From an uncultured Balneolaceae bacterium (GTDB lineage: Bacteria; Bacteroidota; Rhodothermia; Balneolales; Balneolaceae): a stretch of DNA of 64,000 bases. Position numbers and translations under genes: made by a program. Under the pieces are notes generated by a model. It searched no databases, had not been told where the DNA came from, and worked only from the letters and a program-made list of their open reading frames with translations. Positions 46,359 through 55,347 of this stretch are shown here, in pieces. Location of the stretch: the NCBI GenBank assembly GCA_963977025.1, contig CAXBMW010000002.1, forward strand, positions 57,641 through 121,640, read 5' to 3'. Position 1 is the stretch's first letter. Every line of letters starts with the position of its first letter.

Positions 46359-48086
46359 ATGCTATTGCACCTTCAAGTTCAGTTTCCAAAGCCTATAAAC
46401 ACATTCGTTTTGAGTGTGTTTATATTGCTCATGATGAGCTCGGTTTTTCTAATGGAGGCGCAAGCTCAAGAAATTTGGTATGAGCTCGAACAAGCTGAAT
46501 TACAAAGTATCCTAGTAGGCAATGCTGCTCAAGGTTATTCAGGTACTGGATATTTAACCGATATAACTAGTGAAGACAGCAGAGCTACATTTACAGTTTC
46601 AATAGAAGAGGAATCGCTTTACGCACTTTATTTAGGTTATAGAACTCCAAATGGTCAAAAAGGATTTGAGCTGAAAGTAAACGACGAAACTTTCACTGGT
46701 ACTTTACCCGAGAGCGATACATTTAAAAATCTTCCAATTGGTAAAGTGTTGCTAAAAGCTGGAGAAAATACGTTCGAAATTCATAAGGGTTGGGGCTGGT
46801 ATGAACTTGATTACATTCGCCTGTCAAAAACAGAAGTCCCTGCTTTAGAATATCCTGAAGATGATTTAATCGATTCTTTAGCTTCACAAAAGACAGAAAA
46901 CCTTTTTAATTACTTAAAGAGCATTTACGGCAAGAAAACACTTTCTGGTCAGCAAACACTAGAAGATGTAGACTACATCGAAAGAGTGACACGGCTTGAA
47001 CCTGCCATCGCTAATATTGATTTGATTGATTATTCCCCATCTAGAATTGAACATGGTTCTAATACAAAATCTCTAGTCGAAAAAAGTATTTCATGGGCTC
47101 AAAAAGACGATGGAAATGGCATCATTGGCTCAAGTTGGCATTGGAATGCACCTACTGATTTAATAAACACGCCAGGCAAGGAGTGGTGGAGTGGTTTTTA
47201 TACCTATGCTACCACATTCAACTTTGCAGAGGCATTAGCAGATACAAATTCTGCTAGATATAAACTCATGCTTAGGGATATTGACGCTATTGCAGTTCAG
47301 CTCCAGAAGTTTGAAGATGCTGATATTCCCGTTTTGTGGAGACCTTTACACGAAGCCTCTGGCGGATGGTTTTGGTGGGGAGCTCAAGATGGCGATTCTT
47401 ATATAAAACTTTGGAGGCTGTTGGTTGTTCGGTTAAGAGATTATCATCAGTTACATAACTTAATTTGGGTGTACACCACGGGCGATAGCGATTGGTATCC
47501 TGGCGATGATTGGGTGGATATCATTGGTCATGATATCTACACGGAAAAAGGTGCGTCTATGAGTACACAATGGGAGCAGACATTTGAGCAGTTTAATGGG
47601 CATAAAATGATTGCTCTAACCGAATCGGGAACATTACCACTTCCCAAATTCAACGAAACTCATGGTACTTGGTGGCTCTGGTTCTCTCTTTGGAGTGGCG
47701 ATTTTATTCGCACCATCCCAAACGAGGAGATATCTGATGTAGTTAGCCATTCACTTGTTTTAAATAGAGAAGATTTGCCAGATTGGTGGGTGGTTACTTC
47801 TTCAGAAATTGAAAGTATCGATTTACCCACTACTACGATAAGTAACTATCCAAATCCTTTTAATCCCGAAACGACCATTCTTTTAGAATTGCGCCATGCT
47901 TCAACCGTTAAAATGAAAGTTATGGACAGTATCGGTCGGCAAATTGGCACAACTCGCACCATGAACTTAGGCAGAGGTGAACATAAGCTTCCGTTCAATG
48001 GAGAAAACTTGTCGTCAGGCGTGTATATCGTTCAGCTTTTTGATGGTGAAAAATGGATTAATCATCGAATTTCACTCATAAAATAA
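46359..48086 (+). CDS. T9SS-secreted CBM6/35-like + GH26 beta-mannanase
   Basis: The N-terminal CBM reads YELEQAELQS...GYSGTGYLTDI...WYELDYIRL. GH26 motifs are WRPLHEASGGWFWWG (acid/base E) and IALTESG (nucleophile). The CTD TTISNYPNPFNPETTI...SGVYIVQL...ISLIK spans 47832-48083. I prefer the ATG at 46359 over the TTG at 46347. Confidence 0.85.
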   Translation: MLLHLQVQFPKPINTFVLSVFILLMMSSVFLMEAQAQEIWYELEQAELQSILVGNAAQGYSGTGYLTDITSEDSRATFTVSIEEESLYALYLGYRTPNGQKGFELKVNDETFTGTLPESDTFKNLPIGKVLLKAGENTFEIHKGWGWYELDYIRLSKTEVPALEYPEDDLIDSLASQKTENLFNYLKSIYGKKTLSGQQTLEDVDYIERVTRLEPAIANIDLIDYSPSRIEHGSNTKSLVEKSISWAQKDDGNGIIGSSWHWNAPTDLINTPGKEWWSGFYTYATTFNFAEALADTNSARYKLMLRDIDAIAVQLQKFEDADIPVLWRPLHEASGGWFWWGAQDGDSYIKLWRLLVVRLRDYHQLHNLIWVYTTGDSDWYPGDDWVDIIGHDIYTEKGASMSTQWEQTFEQFNGHKMIALTESGTLPLPKFNETHGTWWLWFSLWSGDFIRTIPNEEISDVVSHSLVLNREDLPDWWVVTSSEIESIDLPTTTISNYPNPFNPETTILLELRHASTVKMKVMDSIGRQIGTTRTMNLGRGEHKLPFNGENLSSGVYIVQLFDGEKWINHRISLIK

Positions 48087-48118
48087 GGCAAAGTGATAAG
48101 CTCAATTTGTATCGTAAT

Positions 48119-49888
48119 ATGAAAAAACAAACTACATATCTTAAGCTTATTCCCATCCTCATATGGGGATTTATTGCTTGTAGTAAAGTTCAGGAGAACC
48201 AAAAATTCCCGAATATTATTATCGTAATGACAGATGATCAGGGCTGGGGAGATATTAAAAGTCATGGAAATCCTCAGATTGATACTCCCATTATGGATAA
48301 ATTGGCTGATGAAGGAGCTCGGTTCGATCGCTTTTTTGTGAGCCCCGTTTGCGCCCCAACCAGAGCTAGTTTACTTACAGGTAGAGATCACCTAAGAACG
48401 GGAACACAATGGGTTACTTATGGGCTTGAAAACATGAGGGCCGATGAAGAGACTTTTGCCGAAGTTTTTAAAAAAGCGGGTTACGAAACGGGGTTGTTCG
48501 GAAAATGGCATAACGGTTCTCATTATCCAATGGATCCAATTGGGCAAGGTTTCGATACTTTCTTTGGATTTAAAATGGGGCACTTTAATAACTATTTTGA
48601 TAGCGAGCTAGAATACAATGGAAAGCCTGTAAAAACGGAAGGTTTTATAACTGATGTCCTAACCGATTCAGCGCTCGCTTTTATTGAGCGAAACAAAGAA
48701 CAACCTTTTCTCGCATATGTTCCCTACAATGCGCCTCACAGTCCGTTTCAGGTTCCTGAAACATACTTTCAAAAGTATAAAGAAAGAGGTCTCAGCGATA
48801 AAAATGCCACGGTATATGGGATGGTCGAAAATGTAGACGAGAATCTAGGGCGAATTCTAGATAAGCTTGATGAATTAAATATTGCTGAAGAAACCATCGT
48901 AATCTTTCTCACAGACAACGGCCCAAATGGTGGCGATCGCTTTAACGGAAATATGAAGGGCTGGAAGGCCAAAGTAGATGAAGGTGGGGTAAGAGTTCCT
49001 TTTTTCATAAGATGGCCGGGAAAAATCAAATCAGGTACTTCCATCAAAGAACTAACTGCCCATATCGATGTGCTCCCCACATTGGTTGAATTGGCAGGTA
49101 TTCAGTATGAAGAAATAAATCCCCTAGACGGGAAAAGCTTTGCACCACTACTTTTTGAGGAACAATCAGATTGGCCAAATAGGTATTTATTTACGCATCA
49201 ATCTAGGTGGGATTCGCTTGAACAATATCCATCGTCTGTTAGAGATAAAAGCTATCGGCTAGTGAATTATAATGATGATTGGGAGCTCTACGATATGGAA
49301 AACGATTCCTCGCAGCTAACAAATATTGCTGAACAAAATACTGATATTGTGGCAGAAATGAGCCAAGCTTACGACGATTGGTTCATTGAAATCACTAAAG
49401 AGTTTAAAGGAAGAATGCCAATTCCAGTTGGTTATAATGCGTCTCCCTCAACAAGTCTACCAGCTACAGAAAGCTATTTTTCAGGAAATATAGCTTTCAA
49501 AGGGAAGTCTGGATGGTCAAACGATTGGCTTGCAAACTGGACTTCTACTTCAGATAAAATCTGGTGGGATTTAGACGTAATTGAAGAAGGAAATTATATA
49601 GTTGAAGCTCTGTACTCTTTGGAGGAAGAAAATGTAGGCACTGCGATTACAGCTTCAAGTGATGAAGATGAAATCAAATATACATTTAGTAGCTCATATA
49701 TAGCCGTTCAAATTCCTAGCCCAGACAGAGTTGAAAGAGGAGAGGTTTATGAACAGAAGTGGGGACGGGTACCTCTCGGCTTACTTCAACTAGAGAAAGG
49801 AAATCAACAGCTAAAATTAAGAGCTAATCTCATTCCTGGAAATTCAAGTATCGACCTAAAAAGAATAATCTTAACAAAAATAAAATAG
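48119..49888 (+). CDS. Formylglycine-dependent (S1) sulfatase lipoprotein with a C-terminal beta-sandwich/CBM-like domain
   Basis: Has a lipobox (IWGFIACS) and the sulfatase signature IIIVMTDDQGWGD...SPVCAPTRASLLTGR (C-x-P-x-R). GKWHNG and LTDNGP are also present. A ~170-aa C-terminal extension follows (NDWLANWTSTSDKIWWDLDVIEEGNYIVEALY). I prefer the ATG at 48119 over the TTG at 48107. Confidence 0.9.
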   Translation: MKKQTTYLKLIPILIWGFIACSKVQENQKFPNIIIVMTDDQGWGDIKSHGNPQIDTPIMDKLADEGARFDRFFVSPVCAPTRASLLTGRDHLRTGTQWVTYGLENMRADEETFAEVFKKAGYETGLFGKWHNGSHYPMDPIGQGFDTFFGFKMGHFNNYFDSELEYNGKPVKTEGFITDVLTDSALAFIERNKEQPFLAYVPYNAPHSPFQVPETYFQKYKERGLSDKNATVYGMVENVDENLGRILDKLDELNIAEETIVIFLTDNGPNGGDRFNGNMKGWKAKVDEGGVRVPFFIRWPGKIKSGTSIKELTAHIDVLPTLVELAGIQYEEINPLDGKSFAPLLFEEQSDWPNRYLFTHQSRWDSLEQYPSSVRDKSYRLVNYNDDWELYDMENDSSQLTNIAEQNTDIVAEMSQAYDDWFIEITKEFKGRMPIPVGYNASPSTSLPATESYFSGNIAFKGKSGWSNDWLANWTSTSDKIWWDLDVIEEGNYIVEALYSLEEENVGTAITASSDEDEIKYTFSSSYIAVQIPSPDRVERGEVYEQKWGRVPLGLLQLEKGNQQLKLRANLIPGNSSIDLKRIILTKIK

Positions 49889-49899
49889 TCCAATCTATC

Positions 49900-51054
49900 A
49901 TGGTTAAAACAACAATTTTATCACTGCTCATTATTATTGGTGTGGGGATGGCTTGCGCCCAGAAAAACGTTATTGAGGATAAGGACTTACCCATCGATAA
50001 AAATGCAACAGCCGAAACTAAAGCTCTCTACTCTAATCTTAAGAAATTAGCCAAAACCAATATCCTTTATGGGCATCAAGATGATTTGGCGTATGGTCAT
50101 GATTGGTGGGCGGAGCCAGGGCGCTCAGATGTAAAGGAAGTTACAGGTTCCTATCCTGCAGTGTATGGCTGGGAGTTAGGAGATATTCGTCAAGGAGTTG
50201 AGGCTAGCCTAGATAGCGTAAACTTCGAAAGTATAAAGGGATGGATTAAAGAAGCGTACTCAAGAGGTGGAATAAATACCATAAGTTGGCACATGAATCA
50301 CCCAGTTACTGATGGTAACACTTGGGATATGACACCAGCAGTGTATGATATTATTCCAGGTGGTAGCCAACATGAGAAATTTGTTTCTTGGCTAGATATT
50401 TTTGCTGATTTCATAACTGATTTAAAGGATGAAAATGGAGAGGCTATTCCAATTATTTTCAGACCATATCATGAACATACTGCAGATTGGTTTTGGTGGG
50501 GCGAAAAGCAAACAACAGTTGAAGAATACGTAACTCTTTGGAGATTTACTGTTGATTATCTGAAGGATGAAAAGCAACTCCACAATCTTTTGTATGCATA
50601 TTCTCCTGATGGTGGCTCTAAAGATAGAAGTGATAAATACATGGAAAAATATCCTGGCGATGACTATGTGGATATTCTAGGTTATGATGAATATGGTAGC
50701 TTTATGGATGGTAAAAATGATGTGGAAGTTCTAAGTAATGCTTTGGCAAAGATTGTGACTGAAGCCGATGCTAGAAATAAAATTGCAGCACTTACCGAAA
50801 CAGGACAAGAAAAAATACCATCAGAAAAATGGTTTACAGAATCGTTATTAAAAGCGATGACTTTAAACCCCAAAGCTTCTGAAATTTCTTACGTGCTAAC
50901 TTGGCGAAACGCTAATCAGCAAAGAGAAAATAGAGAGCATTTTTATAGCTCATATCCAAGTCATAGCAGTGCTCCCGATATGAAAAAGTTTAAAGATGCT
51001 GAGATTATGTTTTTTGAAGATGATTTACCGAATATGTACACATTGAACAACTAA
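49900..51054 (+). CDS. GH26 beta-mannanase lipoprotein (copy a)
   Basis: Has a lipobox (GVGMACAQ) plus YGHQDDLAYG, ISWHMNHP, FRPYHEHTADWFWWG and AALTETG. Confidence 0.9.
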   Translation: MVKTTILSLLIIIGVGMACAQKNVIEDKDLPIDKNATAETKALYSNLKKLAKTNILYGHQDDLAYGHDWWAEPGRSDVKEVTGSYPAVYGWELGDIRQGVEASLDSVNFESIKGWIKEAYSRGGINTISWHMNHPVTDGNTWDMTPAVYDIIPGGSQHEKFVSWLDIFADFITDLKDENGEAIPIIFRPYHEHTADWFWWGEKQTTVEEYVTLWRFTVDYLKDEKQLHNLLYAYSPDGGSKDRSDKYMEKYPGDDYVDILGYDEYGSFMDGKNDVEVLSNALAKIVTEADARNKIAALTETGQEKIPSEKWFTESLLKAMTLNPKASEISYVLTWRNANQQRENREHFYSSYPSHSSAPDMKKFKDAEIMFFEDDLPNMYTLNN

Positions 51055-51064
51055 AGTCTATGTT

Positions 51065-52249
51065 ATGAAATCTATTAGCTCTCTATTTTTAATCCCAGTT
51101 CTATTTTTTATTAGCTGTAGCTCTGGAGAAGAGAAATTTACTTCAACCTTGATAGATCAAAATGCTACTTCTGAAACAATAGCCCTTTATAATAATCTTA
51201 AAAATACATCTAAAGATTACGTGCTGTATGGTCATCAAGATGATCTAGCCTATGGGCATTCTTGGTGGGCTGAAGAAGGCCGTTCTGATGTTAAAGAGAG
51301 TACAGGTTCTTATCCCTCCGTTTATGGGTGGGATATTGGAGATCTTGAGAAAGACAGTGCTGAAGCAAACCTTGATGGTGTAAACTTTGAGCAAATGAAA
51401 GGCTGGATTAAAGACGGTTATAGCAGAGGTGGCGTTATAACTATTAGTTGGCATATGAATCATCCTGAAACAGGAAAAGGATCATGGGAAGATCTAAGTG
51501 AACCAACGAATATTTTGCCTGGTCAGACAAATCACGAGCTTTTTAGAGAATGGTTAGATTCTTTCGCAGCATTTGCTCAAGAGTTAAAAGGTGATAATGG
51601 CGAAGCAATTCCAATAATATTCAGACCTTTTCATGAGCATAATGGCGATTGGTTTTGGTGGGGTAAAGGAAATATTACAGAGGCAGAATATATTGAGTTG
51701 TGGCGATTTACTGTGGAATATTTGAGAGATGAAAAAGGAGTTCATAATTTAATTTGGGCTTTTTCACCAGATCGTAGCCGAATGGATATCAATAATTTTA
51801 AACAAGATTATTTTTACGGTTATCCAGGCGACGATTACGTAGATATTATCGGGTTAGATAATTATTGGGATTTAGGACATCCTGCCAATCAAACACCAAA
51901 AGCAGAGCAGAAAGAAGCCTTTATAAAAAGCTTAACTGAACTAGTTCAAGTCGCAGATTCGTTAAATAAAATTGCTGCGCTAACAGAATCAGGGTATGAA
52001 GGTATCCCTAACGAGAAATGGTGGACTGAAGTGCTGGGAGCTAGCATAAATGCGAATAATTATACCAAAAGAATTGCGTGGGTGCTTACTTGGCGAAATG
52101 CGAATCAAGAGAGATCTGGTAAAGGTGATCACTTTTATGCATCCCCACCTAATCACAAAAGTGCTCCTGATATGAAAGTATTTCGTAATCTAGAGCTATT
52201 TATGTTCGAAGATGAATTGCCAGATATGTACACATTTCCAAAGCAATGA
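51065..52249 (+). CDS. GH26 beta-mannanase lipoprotein (copy b)
   Basis: Has a lipobox (LFFISCSS) plus YGHQDDLAYG, ISWHMNHP, FRPFHEHNGDWFWWG and AALTESG. By eye it is about three-quarters identical to copy c in the central region. Confidence 0.9.
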   Translation: MKSISSLFLIPVLFFISCSSGEEKFTSTLIDQNATSETIALYNNLKNTSKDYVLYGHQDDLAYGHSWWAEEGRSDVKESTGSYPSVYGWDIGDLEKDSAEANLDGVNFEQMKGWIKDGYSRGGVITISWHMNHPETGKGSWEDLSEPTNILPGQTNHELFREWLDSFAAFAQELKGDNGEAIPIIFRPFHEHNGDWFWWGKGNITEAEYIELWRFTVEYLRDEKGVHNLIWAFSPDRSRMDINNFKQDYFYGYPGDDYVDIIGLDNYWDLGHPANQTPKAEQKEAFIKSLTELVQVADSLNKIAALTESGYEGIPNEKWWTEVLGASINANNYTKRIAWVLTWRNANQERSGKGDHFYASPPNHKSAPDMKVFRNLELFMFEDELPDMYTFPKQ

Positions 52250-52257
52250 GGATAATA

Positions 52258-52365
52258 ATGTTGAATCAAAATAGATTATTTATAGTCGGCTTTTTTGTTT
52301 TTTCTTATTTGAAAGGTTTAGAAGGCAAGCATTCCATGTTAGGTTCCATTTTCTTCTCCAAATAA
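52258..52365 (+). pseudogene. 5' remnant of a GH26 gene (signal-peptide-like start joined to an LKxLEGKHSM segment)
   Basis: The short ORF reads MLNQNRLFIVGFFVFSYLKGLEGKHSMLGSIFFSK*. Nucleotides 52318-52340 (ttagaaggcaagcattccatgtt) are identical to 54322-54344 in the intact GH26 copy c, which encodes LKNLEGKHSMFGHQ. About 35 codons found in the intact gene are missing. Confidence 0.6.
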
Positions 52366-52415
52366 GGATTAAAAGTTTAGTTATCTGTCATTGGTTTGGT
52401 CTTCCTTCATTGGCT

Positions 52416-53705
52416 TTATTCTCTCTTTCCTATGGTTATAAAAGCGCTTCGTCCGTCATAGCCTACAGCCACGACAATATCTTGTTCTATATCTACATCA
52501 TACAGGTTGCCTGTAATATTTTGATTATACAAAGTCCACTGCGCACCATTAAAATGAAATAGCTCTCCAAATCCTCCGGCGGTGACAATATCATTTAGCC
52601 CATTTGCGGCAATACTAAATAAATAAGGATGATCAATAGTTTCTTTTGACACGATCTTCCAAGGAGCTATTGCATCAATATTAGGCTTGATGGAAATTCT
52701 ACTCCCAACCACATAGGTTACACCGGATGAATCAAACCAAATACCACTAATGCTAAACGGAATGGGAGCGGTAGGCAGGGGTTCGGTTACTAGTTTGTCC
52801 TTTATCCTCAGAATAGCCTTATCCGAACTTTCAGATTGTTTGGCAGCCACTGCGACCACGCCTTGCTCGGGATTCCCGTAGGTATCATAAAAATCCAATG
52901 CTGTATTCGTCTCTATCTTTTGCCAGTTCTCTCCATCGTAATGAGCAAATGAACCAAGAGCCCCTCCAAAATACATGCTCTCACTATTTTTACCCCATAT
53001 GCTTTCTATTCCACCATCAGAATTATTCAAAATTCCCATGTCAAAAAGATGATATTGAGTCCAGTTAACCCCATTTCCATGAATAGGAACCCCAGACGAA
53101 AGCCAAATATCAGTAGATGAAAAAGCAAATATATCATTGAGCATCGGAGTAATTATTCTATCTCTAAATTGAACGGATACTCTTTCCAAAGTCCATTCAT
53201 TCCCGTTCCAATGAACTGCGTTGTAACGGTCATCATCTGTCTGCCCGGTAGAATCATTCATATAAATTTCACCCACTGTCCAAATGTTGTTTTCATCAAT
53301 AATAGAAACGCCATACAGCACGCTGGAAGAATGCTCGCCAAAGCTAAATGTTTGCCAGGTAAAATTACTGGAGGTGGTATCTAAGGTAGTTGCTTCAACT
53401 ACTTTACTTGTTGCGCCAGTGCTTTGGTTGGTAGCTTTAAACCTATAAGAGGTGGAAGGCTGCAGATTTGTTGCGCTTACTAACGTATCAGAGCCACTCA
53501 ACCTAAAAGTAGTGAGTTCATTGTTGTTTTGTTCGATTGTTATTTCATCGCCTTGTTTTGCGGAAAGTTCAAAAACAACTTCCACCGCAGACACCACCGT
53601 AGCTTTAAACGGAAAATCAGATTCATCGCTTCCAAATATGCCGCAAGAGAGGGTTAATTGAATTGTTACAAATATGTACAAACACTTTTTTGAATCGAAA
53701 GACAT
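52416..53705 (-). CDS. Lipoprotein with an Fn3-like N-terminal domain and a beta-propeller-like repeat region, function unknown
   Basis: Has a lipobox (IQLTLSCG) and an Fn3-like segment (LQPSTSYRFKATNQS). Repeats of the type HWNGNEWT, HYDGENWQKI and HFNGAQWTLY recall BNR/Ycf48-like propellers. It is the only minus-strand gene inside the GH26 array. Confidence 0.75.
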   Translation of the reverse strand: MSFDSKKCLYIFVTIQLTLSCGIFGSDESDFPFKATVVSAVEVVFELSAKQGDEITIEQNNNELTTFRLSGSDTLVSATNLQPSTSYRFKATNQSTGATSKVVEATTLDTTSSNFTWQTFSFGEHSSSVLYGVSIIDENNIWTVGEIYMNDSTGQTDDDRYNAVHWNGNEWTLERVSVQFRDRIITPMLNDIFAFSSTDIWLSSGVPIHGNGVNWTQYHLFDMGILNNSDGGIESIWGKNSESMYFGGALGSFAHYDGENWQKIETNTALDFYDTYGNPEQGVVAVAAKQSESSDKAILRIKDKLVTEPLPTAPIPFSISGIWFDSSGVTYVVGSRISIKPNIDAIAPWKIVSKETIDHPYLFSIAANGLNDIVTAGGFGELFHFNGAQWTLYNQNITGNLYDVDIEQDIVVAVGYDGRSAFITIGKRE

Positions 53706-53949
53706 TAGTTCATTTTTTCAAAGCTCTTAATTACACAGTCTTAATTGTAACAGTATTTAATGGATGGGTTGTTACAGAATTTAAACGATTATTTTTATAT
53801 ACAAATAGATAATAAACTTGATTTATTAAATCAAATTTACTAATTAATGGGACGTATAAATTTTGATTGTTTCAATATGAGATTTCTCAATAATAAATTT
53901 ATATATAAACTTATTATTACGTTATAGATAAGGAAGGTGAAAGCTAAAA

Positions 53950-54130
53950 ACACTTTAGAATGTGATAACAATTACAAATAGTGGACATATGAATCATCCT
54001 GGAACTAGAATGGGATATTGAAAGATATTGGTGTTTAACTCCTATTATAAACTTTGCTGAAGGCTTAGAGGTAAACAGTTTTTAAGTTTTTGGATAAAGT
54101 GCCGAGCCTTTATAAAGAACAGCTGCAAAC
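53950..54130 (+). pseudogene. Decayed internal remnant of a GH26 gene
   Basis: Nucleotides 53986-54001 (catatgaatcatcctg) are identical to 51452-51467 of GH26 copy b (WHMNHP). Nucleotides 54090-54120 (ttggataaagtgccgagcctttataaagaac) align with 54669-54699 of copy c (LDKVADYFKEL), with roughly three-quarters identity and one indel. The reading frame is broken by stops. Confidence 0.5.
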
Positions 54131-54152
54131 CTTAATTTAATGTAGGAATAAA

Positions 54153-55343
54153 ATGAACAAGCCATTTTTTAATAAGTATTTATTCGTTTTATTTATTCCG
54201 TTTTTTTTATTATTTGGTTGTAATTCAGAAAAAACAGAGTCAACATTACAATCAGAATTAAGATTAATAGACAAGAACGCAACCACCCAAACCAAGGCGC
54301 TCTATCAAAACTTAAAAAACTTAGAAGGCAAGCATTCCATGTTTGGCCACCAAGCAACGTTGGCGTATGGCTACACTTGGAGAAACGAACCAAACCGTTC
54401 AGATGTCAAAGATGTGACGGGCTCTTTCCCCGCAGTTTATGGCTGGGATGTAGCTGATTTTTTATGGAATTGGAAAGACCCAGAACAAGGTGAAAAAGCT
54501 AGAGAATCAACTTTAAGATATGCTAAAGAAGGTTTAGAACGGGGAGGTGTGCTCACTTACGCTTGGCATATGGTTAACCCTGTCACCAATAAATCATTTT
54601 ACGATACCACGCGTGCAGTGTACGCCATTATTCCAGGTGGCGAACAGCATGAAGCCTACAAAAAAACCTTAGATAAAGTTGCCGATTACTTTAAGGAACT
54701 CGCTCCAATGCCTGTTATTTTCAGACCATTTCATGAGCATAATGGCGATTGGTTTTGGTGGGGAAAAGGTCTTGCTACCGAAGAGGAATACATCAAACTA
54801 TGGCAGTTTACGGTTGAATATCTAAGAGATCAGAAACAAGTTCACAATTTGATTTGGGCTTTTTCTCCCGATAGAAGTAGAACCAACATCGAGACCTTCA
54901 AGGAAGACTATATGTATGGATATCCTGGAGATGATTACGTGGATATTATCGGCTTAGATAATTATTGGGATGTGGGACATAAAGCGAACCTAACTTCGGA
55001 TTCTCTAAAGAAAGTACATTTTGTTCAAAGCCTAACCATGACCGCTGAACTCGCTCAAGAAAAAGGGAAGGTAGCAGCGTTAACTGAAACGGGGCTTGAA
55101 GCTTTACCTGATAGTGTGTGGTGGACAGAAACGATGCTCAAAAGTTTAAAGGCTAATGAAGCAACAAGACGCATAACTTATGTTCAAGTATGGCGCAATG
55201 CTACCAAAAGTGAAGGGAATAAAGATCATTACTATGCACCATATTTAGGGCAGAAAAGTGCAGAAGATTTTGTGAAGTTCAAGCAGGATAGCTTTATTAT
55301 ATTTGAAGACGAACTACCAGATATGTACTCAATAAAGGAATGA
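54153..55343 (+). CDS. GH26 beta-mannanase lipoprotein (copy c)
   Basis: Has a lipobox (LLLFGCNS) plus FGHQATLAYG, YAWHMVNP, FRPFHEHNGDWFWWG and AALTETG. Confidence 0.9.
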   Translation: MNKPFFNKYLFVLFIPFFLLFGCNSEKTESTLQSELRLIDKNATTQTKALYQNLKNLEGKHSMFGHQATLAYGYTWRNEPNRSDVKDVTGSFPAVYGWDVADFLWNWKDPEQGEKARESTLRYAKEGLERGGVLTYAWHMVNPVTNKSFYDTTRAVYAIIPGGEQHEAYKKTLDKVADYFKELAPMPVIFRPFHEHNGDWFWWGKGLATEEEYIKLWQFTVEYLRDQKQVHNLIWAFSPDRSRTNIETFKEDYMYGYPGDDYVDIIGLDNYWDVGHKANLTSDSLKKVHFVQSLTMTAELAQEKGKVAALTETGLEALPDSVWWTETMLKSLKANEATRRITYVQVWRNATKSEGNKDHYYAPYLGQKSAEDFVKFKQDSFIIFEDELPDMYSIKE

Positions 55344-55347
55344 TACT

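Noticed and set aside
52250-54152. The GH26-interrupting segment as a mobile element
   Set aside because: I found no transposase, integrase or recombinase gene, no terminal inverted repeats and no target-site duplication. I describe it as an insertion or rearrangement scar rather than a mobile element.
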